Shown here piece after piece: positions 1 through 7,638 of a stretch of DNA of 52,854 nt. Made by a program: the position numbers and the translations under genes. The stretch is taken from NCBI GenBank assembly GCA_007127235.1, contig SKZT01000192.1:1-52854 (forward strand), in the 5' to 3' direction. The first letter of the stretch is position 1; each line of letters begins with the position of its first letter. The notes below the pieces were generated by a model. It saw nothing but the letters and a program-made list of their open reading frames with translations, did not search any database and was not told where the DNA came from. The DNA is from Desulfobacteraceae bacterium (GTDB lineage: Bacteria > Desulfobacterota > Desulfobacteria > Desulfobacterales > SKZT01).

Positions 1-41
1 AACATTGAACTCTAAACATTGAACATTGAACTCTAAACATT
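1..41 (+). repeat. Tandem direct repeat: identical 20-mers AACATTGAACTCTAAACATT at 1-20 and 22-41, possibly truncated by the window edge
   Basis: Read directly from the sequence. The second copy contains the TTG start (26) of xseA. Confidence 0.6.
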
Positions 42-1375
42 CACCCAAACGTATCTTTACAGTTTCAGAACTGAACTTTCAACTTAAAGCATTGCTTGAA
101 GAAAAATTTCCGTTTATTTGGATCTACGGGGAAATTTCAAATTTCAGAAGGCCTTCTTCAGGGCATTTTTATTTTACTTTAAAAGATGAAAAGTCTCAGA
201 TTTCCGCTGTTATGTTTCGCGGCCAGCAGATGGGACTCAGGTTTTTGCCTCAGGATGGCATGGAAATTACGGGCCTTGGGCGGATCAGCCTCTATGAACC
301 CAGGGGCACTTATCAGATAATTTTTGAGTATGTGGAGCCTAAAGGTGTCGGAGCCCTTCAAAAAGCATTCGAGCAGTTAAAATTAAAGCTTTCGGATGAG
401 GGCCTTTTCGATGCGGCCCATAAGAAGCCGATAGCTTTTCTTCCCTCAAAGATTGTCCTGATAACCTCACCCACAGGGGCTGTGGTCCATGACATGCTCA
501 ACATTATCTTTCGCCGTTATGAAAACATGCATGTTCAGGTTTTTCCGGTCAAGGTTCAGGGTGATGGAGCTACAGAGCAGATTGTGGCGGCTCTTGAGCT
601 TATCAACACTGAAAAAGATATCGATGTGGCTATTCTGGCGAGAGGTGGTGGATCTTTGGAGGATTTTCAGGCCTTTAATTCTGAAGCAGTCGCAAGGGCG
701 GTTTTTAAATCTGAAATTCCTGTGGTATCCGCCGTCGGGCATGAAACGGATTTTACGATTGCCGACTTTGTTGCCGACTTGCGCGCTCCGACACCTTCCG
801 CAGCCGCGGAGTTGGTCGTTCCGGTAAAAAGCCAACTCAGTGGCAGATGTAAGGAACTTTCAGGGGCATTGGCGCTGAATATAATCAAAACAGTTGAGAA
901 ATACCGTTACCGCTTATCTCAAACCAGGCTTCGACTGATTCATCCTAAAAAACGCATTCAGGACCATATGCTTAAATTGGATGATTTATGTTTTCGTATG
1001 AAACGTTTTGTGGAAAAAATTTTTCAATTGCATCGTGAGCGCCTTGGATGGAAAGTTGAAAAGCTTTGGGTTAACAAGCCGGATAAGATGGTTGAAAAAT
1101 TTAAAGAAATGGTTCATCAAGAAGATTATAAGCTGCTGTTATATTTAAAGTTTTCCCTTGAAAAAAAACGAGCCGGACTGAGAACAATCGAATCAAAACT
1201 TGCAGTGATGAACCCCAGGGCCATATTAGCCCGGGGCTACAGCATAACCCGGGTACTTCCTGAAAAATCAATCTTGCGGGATGCCGCTTTTGTTTCTACC
1301 GGTCAGCATTTGGAAATAACATTGGAAAGGGGCACACTTACCTGCCGTGTTGAAGGAAAATCACATCATGAATAA
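26..1375 (+). CDS. xseA: Exodeoxyribonuclease VII large subunit
   Basis: 449-aa ORF. N-terminal OB-fold-like segment (IFTVSELN...WIYGEISNF...SGHFYFTLKD) and catalytic core (ARGGGSLEDF...GHETDFT) are typical of XseA. It is followed by xseB with an 8-nt overlap. TTG start. Confidence 0.9.
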   Translation: MNSKHSPKRIFTVSELNFQLKALLEEKFPFIWIYGEISNFRRPSSGHFYFTLKDEKSQISAVMFRGQQMGLRFLPQDGMEITGLGRISLYEPRGTYQIIFEYVEPKGVGALQKAFEQLKLKLSDEGLFDAAHKKPIAFLPSKIVLITSPTGAVVHDMLNIIFRRYENMHVQVFPVKVQGDGATEQIVAALELINTEKDIDVAILARGGGSLEDFQAFNSEAVARAVFKSEIPVVSAVGHETDFTIADFVADLRAPTPSAAAELVVPVKSQLSGRCKELSGALALNIIKTVEKYRYRLSQTRLRLIHPKKRIQDHMLKLDDLCFRMKRFVEKIFQLHRERLGWKVEKLWVNKPDKMVEKFKEMVHQEDYKLLLYLKFSLEKKRAGLRTIESKLAVMNPRAILARGYSITRVLPEKSILRDAAFVSTGQHLEITLERGTLTCRVEGKSHHE

Positions 1376-1607
1376 AACGATGAGCTTTGAAAAGGCGATG
1401 CAAAAACTTGAAAAAATTGTACAGGAACTTGAAACTGGTGACCTGACGTTGGAAGAATCTTTTAAAAAATTCGAGGAAGGGGTAAAACTTTCCAAGTTTT
1501 GTTCCTCAAAACTGGATGAAACCGAAAAAAGGGTTTCATTGCTTTTAAAGAACCCTGAGGGGAAGTTGATTGAAAAGCCCTTTATCGATAAGGATGAAGG
1601 GAGTTGA
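1368..1607 (+). CDS. xseB: Exodeoxyribonuclease VII small subunit
   Basis: Small helical protein (SFEKAMQKLEKIVQELETGDLTLEESFKKFEEGVKL), typical of XseB. The ORF track starts at GTG 1347. I prefer ATG 1368, which overlaps the xseA stop (ATGAATAA). ATG 1380 is also possible. Confidence 0.85.
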   Translation: MNKTMSFEKAMQKLEKIVQELETGDLTLEESFKKFEEGVKLSKFCSSKLDETEKRVSLLLKNPEGKLIEKPFIDKDEGS

Positions 1608-1608
1608 G

Positions 1609-2535
1609 ATGTCTTCTTCTTTGGAAGGTTCAACGTTATTCGATTTAGCAGCTTATTTGAAACATCAAAAAAGTGTGGTTGAAAAACGTTTGGAACAGGT
1701 CCTGAGTACTTATCCTCAAGATAGCCGTGTTATTTCTGCGGTTAAGTACAGTTTGATGTCGGGTGGAAAGCGCATCAGACCCATTTTATGCATTGCAGCG
1801 TCTGAGGCCGTGGCAGTTGAGGAAGATTTTTTCGAAGATGTACTCACCTGCGCAAGTGCTCTGGAAATGATTCATACATATTCTTTGATTCATGATGATC
1901 TTCCTGCAATGGACAATGACGGGTTGCGCAGGGGAAAACCGACCTGTCATGTGGCTTTTGATGATGCTACCGCGATTTTGGCAGGAGATGCTTTATTGAC
2001 CATGGCTTTTGAAACCCTGTCTTCCCATTTAGTTCAGGGCGGTAATGAACCTGGCAGGTGGCTTGAAATCATCAATCTTATTTCCCGAGCTTCTGGAGTC
2101 AGGGGGATGGTGGAAGGTCAGATGCTGGATATCTTTTCCGAGGGTGTTTCATTAACACCGGAGGCTTTAGAAAATATGCACCGGTTAAAAACAGGGGCCA
2201 TCATCGAAGCCTCTGTGTGTTCGGGCGCTATTCTTGCCAGGGGCCGGGTAAAGCATATCAAAAGCTTAAAACACTTTGCCCGGCATATAGGTTTAGCCTT
2301 TCAGGTGATAGATGATATATTGAATGTTGAAGGCGATCCGAAGCTGTTGGGAAAAGCGACAGGTACCGACAGCCAAAGGAACAAAAATACATACCCTTCC
2401 CTGCTGGGTTTGAACGAATCCGTCACTTTCGCAGAAAAACTGGTTGGAACCGCTTTGCAAGCTTTGTCTGATTTTGATAAGAAAGCGGATCCACTCAGGG
2501 CGATAGCGCGTTATATCATTGATCGAAAAAAATGA
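1609..2535 (+). CDS. ispA: Farnesyl/geranyl diphosphate synthase (short-chain trans-prenyltransferase)
   Basis: First and second Asp-rich motifs are present (LIHDDLPAMDNDGLRRG and FQVIDDILN). It sits in the conserved xseB-ispA-dxs order. ATG 1609 immediately follows the xseB stop. The track start at 1570 lies inside xseB. Confidence 0.9.
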   Translation: MSSSLEGSTLFDLAAYLKHQKSVVEKRLEQVLSTYPQDSRVISAVKYSLMSGGKRIRPILCIAASEAVAVEEDFFEDVLTCASALEMIHTYSLIHDDLPAMDNDGLRRGKPTCHVAFDDATAILAGDALLTMAFETLSSHLVQGGNEPGRWLEIINLISRASGVRGMVEGQMLDIFSEGVSLTPEALENMHRLKTGAIIEASVCSGAILARGRVKHIKSLKHFARHIGLAFQVIDDILNVEGDPKLLGKATGTDSQRNKNTYPSLLGLNESVTFAEKLVGTALQALSDFDKKADPLRAIARYIIDRKK

Positions 2536-4439
2536 AGGAGTTAAATAAGATTTTGAGCCTTTTAGAGACAATCAACAATCCGGCAGATTTGAAATGTCTT
2601 CAGAGATCCCAACTTTCAGGGCTTGCTTCTGAAATCCGAAAAAAAATTGTGGAGGTTGTTTCCAAAACTGGCGGACACCTTGCATCCAGCCTTGGTGTTG
2701 TTGAACTGGCCATCGCGATCCACTACGTGTTCAATGTACCCGAAGACAAGCTGATCTGGGATGTGGGGCATCAGGCTTATGCTCACAAGCTGCTTACCGG
2801 AAGACAGAAACAATTCGACAGGCTTCGGCAATTTAGGGGATTGTGCGGATTTACCCGCATGAGCGAAAGCCCATACGATGCTTTTTCCACGGGCCACAGC
2901 AGTACTTCCATCTCAGCTGGTTTGGGCATGTCCTGCGGCAAGGCCCTTAAGGGAGAAAAATCCAAAGTGATTGCCGTAATCGGGGATGGCTCCATGACCG
3001 CCGGCCTGGCCTATGAAGGCTTAAATCAAGCCGGAGATCTTAAAAAGGACCTTATCGTCATTTTAAATGACAACGATATGTCCATTGCCAGAAACGTCGG
3101 CGCCCTGTCTTCTTTTTTAAGCCGGAAATTTTCAGGAAAAAAACTCCAGGAATTCAGAAAAGAGCTGGGTGAATTCTTAAAATCCGTTCCCAGAATCGGG
3201 GACGACATCTATCACTTTGCCAAACGTTCGGAAGAATCTTTCAAGACATTCGTAACGCCGGGCATGCTCTTTGAAGCCTTCAATTTTGAATATTTCGGGC
3301 CCATCAACGGCCATAACCTGGATCACCTTATTAACATTTTGGTCAACATAAAGCATCTAAACGAACCGGTTTTGCTTCATATCACCACCCGGAAGGGAAA
3401 GGGATATCCACCTGCCGAAAAAAATCCCACTTATTTTCACGGCGTTGGGTGCTTTGAAGTCCGAACCGGTCAGTGTGTCAACCATAGTGAATGTGCGCCC
3501 ACATATACCCAGGTTTTTGGCAAGACCATGTCTGAGCTGGCCAAATTAAACAAAAACATTGTGGCCGTAACTGCTGCCATGCCTGAAGGAACCGGTTTGT
3601 GTGAATACTCGGAACAATTTCCGGATCGTTTCTTTGATGTGGGCATTGCTGAACAGCACGGGGTAACCTTTGCCGCCGGTCTTGCCACACAAGGTTTCAA
3701 GCCGGTGGTGGCTATTTATTCCACCTTCCTTCAGCGTGCATATGACCAGATTCTTCACGATGTTTGCCTGGAGAGCCTTCCGGTTGTATTTGCAGTGGAT
3801 CGGGGCGGCATTGTGGGAGAAGATGGTGCCACTCACCATGGTTTGTTTGATTTGTGCTATTTAAGAAGCCTTCCCAACATGGTGATTATGGCCCCCAAGG
3901 ATGAGAACGAACTTCGCAGGATGCTTTATACGGCTGTTTCACTTGATAAACCCACTGCAATTCGATATCCAAGGGGGATCGGTGTGGGTGTCAAGATGGA
4001 TAACCCCCCTGCCCTTTTGTCCCTGGGCAAAGCGGAAGTTTTAACCGAAGGGCAGGATGTTTTGATACTGGCCATTGGCCGATCGGTCAACGATGCTATT
4101 GAAGCCCATGACCTGCTGAAACAAAAAGGAATATTTTCCACGGTTGTCAATGCGAGGTTTGTAAAACCCCTGGATGTGGCACTTTTTACCGAGCTGGTTA
4201 AAAAGATACCGCGTGTTATTACGGTGGAAGAAAACATGCGTCAGGGCGGATTCGGAAGTGCCGTAATGGAATGTCTCGGTGATGAGGACATTGTCTGCCG
4301 GATCAGACGCATCGGAATCAGGGACACATTTGTGGAACATGGGTCCCAAAAGATCCTGAGGCGAAAATACCATGTTGACACCACGGCCATTGTCGAAGCC
4401 GCCGAAAAATTGATGCAAAATGGGCAAATCAAAACATAG
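2532..4439 (+). CDS. dxs: 1-deoxy-D-xylulose-5-phosphate synthase
   Basis: 635 aa with a Dxs-type N-terminus (LLETINNPADLK) and a ThDP-binding motif (GDGSMTAGLAYEGLN...LNDN). The transketolase-like C-terminal half is present. 4-nt overlap with ispA. Confidence 0.95.
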   Translation: MKELNKILSLLETINNPADLKCLQRSQLSGLASEIRKKIVEVVSKTGGHLASSLGVVELAIAIHYVFNVPEDKLIWDVGHQAYAHKLLTGRQKQFDRLRQFRGLCGFTRMSESPYDAFSTGHSSTSISAGLGMSCGKALKGEKSKVIAVIGDGSMTAGLAYEGLNQAGDLKKDLIVILNDNDMSIARNVGALSSFLSRKFSGKKLQEFRKELGEFLKSVPRIGDDIYHFAKRSEESFKTFVTPGMLFEAFNFEYFGPINGHNLDHLINILVNIKHLNEPVLLHITTRKGKGYPPAEKNPTYFHGVGCFEVRTGQCVNHSECAPTYTQVFGKTMSELAKLNKNIVAVTAAMPEGTGLCEYSEQFPDRFFDVGIAEQHGVTFAAGLATQGFKPVVAIYSTFLQRAYDQILHDVCLESLPVVFAVDRGGIVGEDGATHHGLFDLCYLRSLPNMVIMAPKDENELRRMLYTAVSLDKPTAIRYPRGIGVGVKMDNPPALLSLGKAEVLTEGQDVLILAIGRSVNDAIEAHDLLKQKGIFSTVVNARFVKPLDVALFTELVKKIPRVITVEENMRQGGFGSAVMECLGDEDIVCRIRRIGIRDTFVEHGSQKILRRKYHVDTTAIVEAAEKLMQNGQIKT

Positions 4440-5154
4440 GCTGGATGTAATCCTGGTGGAAAGGGGGCTTGCCGGCAGTCGTGAAAGGGCCAAGTCCATG
4501 ATTATGGCAGGTAAGGTCTTGGTGGATGATTTTCCTGTTGACAAGGCGGGAACGCTGATTGACAAAAACGCCCGGGTTCAGCTCAGGGGCGAAGACATTG
4601 CTTTTGTAAGCCGCGGTGGCATCAAGCTTGAACAGGCACTTAAAGATTTCAGCCTGGATGTTTCCGGCATGATTTGTCTGGATGTGGGGGCTTCCACCGG
4701 GGGCTTTACAGACTGCCTGCTGATGCATGGTGCAAAAAAAGTTTTTGCTGTAGATGTGGGTTATGGACAACTGGCATGGAAACTTCGACAGGATTCGCGG
4801 GTTATAGCCATTGAACGCACCAACATTCGGTCCATGAAAACCGGCACCCTTCCCTCACCCGTTGATTTGGCCACAATCGATGTGTCTTTTATTTCCTTGA
4901 AAATCGTGGTACCTTCCGTAAGCAAATTTCTGAAAAAAGGAGGATCTATTCTTGCGTTGATAAAACCCCAGTTTGAGGTCGGAAAAAATAAAGTTGGAAA
5001 AGGCGGTGTGGTTAAGGATCCGAACCTGCATCAGGAAATTGTTGATCAATTGATTATTTTTTTTGAACAACTCGGACTTACATCCTGCGGAATTTATCCG
5101 TCACCCATTTTAGGTCCAAAAGGAAACCGGGAGTTTTTTATCCTTCTAAGGTAG
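4420..5154 (+). CDS. tlyA: TlyA-family rRNA 2'-O-methyltransferase (hemolysin A-like)
   Basis: S4-like N-terminus (RLDVILVERGLAGSRERAKSMIMAGKVLV) plus an FtsJ-type SAM-binding motif (LDVGASTGGFTDCLL). Overlaps the dxs 3' end by 20 nt. Confidence 0.85.
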   Translation: MGKSKHRLDVILVERGLAGSRERAKSMIMAGKVLVDDFPVDKAGTLIDKNARVQLRGEDIAFVSRGGIKLEQALKDFSLDVSGMICLDVGASTGGFTDCLLMHGAKKVFAVDVGYGQLAWKLRQDSRVIAIERTNIRSMKTGTLPSPVDLATIDVSFISLKIVVPSVSKFLKKGGSILALIKPQFEVGKNKVGKGGVVKDPNLHQEIVDQLIIFFEQLGLTSCGIYPSPILGPKGNREFFILLR

Positions 5155-5334
5155 TATGTTGACCGGCAATTAACAGGAAGCAAGATTGCCCGGAATTAGG
5201 TGTTGATTTTTTTCCCCCAACCATATAAAAAATTTTGACTGTAAGTGTACGAGTCCAAATAATTCGTTGTCGTCAAATTTTTTACAACCAGAATTTGACG
5301 GCTGAATTTAGAAAATCCATAGAGAGGAGTTTAG

Positions 5335-7407
5335 ATGACTGAAATGGTTGAAAAATTAAGAAATATTGCTCTAGTTGCCCATGGCGGTGCCGGAAAGACT
5401 TCTTTGGCGGAAGTGATGCTTTTTGATGCGGGTGTAACCACAAGGTTGGGTCGGGTGGAAGACGGCAATACACAAATGGATTTTGAACCGGAAGAACTCA
5501 AACGCAATATCACCATCAGCAGCTCCTTTCACCAGTTTCCATGGAAAAAACACAGGGTCAATATTATCGATACCCCCGGAGACCAGAATTTTTTTTCTGA
5601 TACCCGTACCTGCATGCAGGCAGCCGATGGGGTTATTGTTGTGGTTGATGCGGTTGATGGAGTTAAGGTTCAAACCGAACTGGCCTGGGATTTTGCCGAA
5701 GAATTCAGCTTGCCGTGCACGATTTTCATCAATAAGCTGGACAGGGAAAGAGCAGATTTTTTCAGAGCTTTCAATGAGGCTTCTGAAATATTTCAACCAA
5801 AACCCATCATCACACAGCTGCCCATTGGTTCAGAAGATAAATTCAGCGGGATTGTCAATTTGTTGACCATGAAAGCCTATACTTATGATGAAAATGGGAA
5901 GTCCAAAGCAACGGAAATTCCCTCTGATATGGCGGAACAGGTGGAATCGGAAAGAGAAAATCTCATTGAAAATGTGGCTGAAGCTGATGACGAACTACTG
6001 GAAAGGTATCTGGAAGGAGAATCCCTTTCCGATGATGAAATCACAGCTGCACTGAAAAATGGCATTCAGGAACGCTTGTTTGTTCCGGTACTTTGTGGTT
6101 CAGCCACCAAAAATGTGGGTATTGATTTGCTTCAGGACTACATTGTTCAATGCATGCCATCCCCTTTGGACAGAGGTGACTGGAAAGCCCTGGACCCGTC
6201 CGGAGAAAAAGAAATAAGCGTATCACCCGACCCGGAGGCCCCGTTTTCAGCCTTTGTTTTTAAAACTGTTGCGGATCCTTATGCCGGCAGACTCACTATA
6301 TTTCGAGTTGTGTCGGGAACACTTGGGGGAGACGGAAACTTTTATAATACCAACAAAGAGACTCGTGAACGATTCAATCAGCTTTTGAGAATTACCGGCA
6401 AAGAGCAAAAACCTGTTGAAGAGGCCGGACCCGGTGATATTGTAGCGGTTTCAAAACTGAAGGAAACCACTACGGGTGATACGTTGTGCGATGAAAAAAA
6501 TAAAATTAAATTCACCCTGGCAGATCCCATGCCACCTTTGATTTCCTTTTCCCTGGTACCCAAGAGTAAAGGGGATGAAGACAAGGTTTTTACATCACTT
6601 CAAAAACTTTTGGAGGAAGATACAGCGCTTCAGGTTGACAGAAATGCCGAAACCAAGGAAATCCTTTTATCCGGTTTGGGAAATATTCATATCGAAGTGA
6701 CGGTTGAAAAACTCAAAAGAAAGTTTAATGTGGAAGTCGATTTGAATACCCCAAAAGTACCCTATCGGGAAACGATTCGGAAAAAAGTAAGGGTTCAGGG
6801 CAAGCATAAGAAACAAACCGGCGGCCATGGCCAGTATGGAGACTGTTGGATTCAGCTGGAACCGCTTCCGCGGGGAGAAGGTTTCGAATTTGTAGATGCC
6901 ATTGTCGGGGGATCCATCCCCAAAGGATACATACCGGCCGTTGAAAAAGGCGTTTTGGAATCCAGCCAGAGAGGTGTTCTTGCCGGATATCCATGTATTG
7001 ATTTCCGGGTAACCGTGGATGATGGTTCATACCATCAGGTGGATTCCTCTGAAATGGCCTTTAAAGTGGCGGGTTCATTAGCCTTTAAAAAAGCTGCCAC
7101 CCAGGCTGAGCCGGTACTCCTGGAACCCATCATGGCAGTGACCATAACCACCCCCGATGAATATATGGGTGATGTAATGGGCGATTTGAACAGCCGTCGT
7201 GGACGGGTGCTTGGCATGGATAACAAGGGAAAAAATCAGATTATCAATGCCAATGTCCCCATGTCGGAAATGCTGACATATGCACCGGATCTCAGATCCA
7301 TGACCGGCGGAAGGGGCATTTTCACCATGCAGTTTTCCCATTACGATGAAGTTCCTGCTCAGGTGGCGCAAAAGATCATTGAAGCAGTCAATAAAGAGAA
7401 GGAATAG
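5335..7407 (+). CDS. Elongation factor G paralog (EF-G II-like translational GTPase)
   Basis: 690 aa with G1 AHGGAGKTS, G3 DTPGDQNF, G4 NKLD, and EF-G domains II-V recognisable. A GAGAGGAG Shine-Dalgarno lies upstream of the ATG. It is not in an rpsL-rpsG-fusA-tuf context, and its G1 deviates from the canonical AHIDAGKTT. Confidence 0.85.
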   Translation: MTEMVEKLRNIALVAHGGAGKTSLAEVMLFDAGVTTRLGRVEDGNTQMDFEPEELKRNITISSSFHQFPWKKHRVNIIDTPGDQNFFSDTRTCMQAADGVIVVVDAVDGVKVQTELAWDFAEEFSLPCTIFINKLDRERADFFRAFNEASEIFQPKPIITQLPIGSEDKFSGIVNLLTMKAYTYDENGKSKATEIPSDMAEQVESERENLIENVAEADDELLERYLEGESLSDDEITAALKNGIQERLFVPVLCGSATKNVGIDLLQDYIVQCMPSPLDRGDWKALDPSGEKEISVSPDPEAPFSAFVFKTVADPYAGRLTIFRVVSGTLGGDGNFYNTNKETRERFNQLLRITGKEQKPVEEAGPGDIVAVSKLKETTTGDTLCDEKNKIKFTLADPMPPLISFSLVPKSKGDEDKVFTSLQKLLEEDTALQVDRNAETKEILLSGLGNIHIEVTVEKLKRKFNVEVDLNTPKVPYRETIRKKVRVQGKHKKQTGGHGQYGDCWIQLEPLPRGEGFEFVDAIVGGSIPKGYIPAVEKGVLESSQRGVLAGYPCIDFRVTVDDGSYHQVDSSEMAFKVAGSLAFKKAATQAEPVLLEPIMAVTITTPDEYMGDVMGDLNSRRGRVLGMDNKGKNQIINANVPMSEMLTYAPDLRSMTGGRGIFTMQFSHYDEVPAQVAQKIIEAVNKEKE

Positions 7408-7410
7408 TCC

Positions 7411-7435
7411 GGAGCGCGAAAGTTGTACTTTCGCG
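7411..7435 (+). repeat. Hairpin repeat, divergent member of the GGAGTGCAAAAGCTGTGCTTTTGC family (GGAGCGCGAAAGTTGTACTTTCGCG)
   Basis: 9-bp stem CGCGAAAGT/ACTTTCGCG with a TGT loop, 4 nt after the EF-G stop. Same architecture (GGAG + 8-9 bp stem + TGT loop) as the copies at 22503, 22559, 22590, 38865 and 7586. Confidence 0.6.
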
Positions 7436-7489
7436 TGGCCGGCTGTAAGCCGGGTCATCCAAAAAACAAGCGAGATAATCTCCTTTGAG

Positions 7490-7530
7490 TCTATGGACAT
7501 GGCTTAATTATTTCCAGCCATGTCCATAGA
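7490..7530. repeat. Perfect 14-bp inverted repeat TCTATGGACATGGC / GCCATGTCCATAGA with a 13-nt loop
   Basis: Read directly. It lies in the convergent intergenic region between the EF-G paralog (+) and the SSS-histidine kinase (-), so it may be a bidirectional terminator or part of a repeat element. Confidence 0.6.
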
Positions 7531-7585
7531 TATTGGTGTGGATTCGGATTTCACGTAAACAGTTGACTTGCTTGTACTAACTGCT

Positions 7586-7609
7586 GCAAAAGCAAAGCTT
7601 TTGCACTCC
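7586..7609 (-). repeat. Hairpin repeat family copy (minus orientation, one loop mismatch)
   Basis: The reverse complement reads GGAGTGCAAAAGCTTTGCTTTTGC, about 30 nt downstream of the kinase stop. With the copy at 7411 it forms an inverted pair bracketing about 200 nt. Confidence 0.7.
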
Positions 7610-7638
7610 GGTACTCCCCTCTCCCTTTTCTCACTTTC

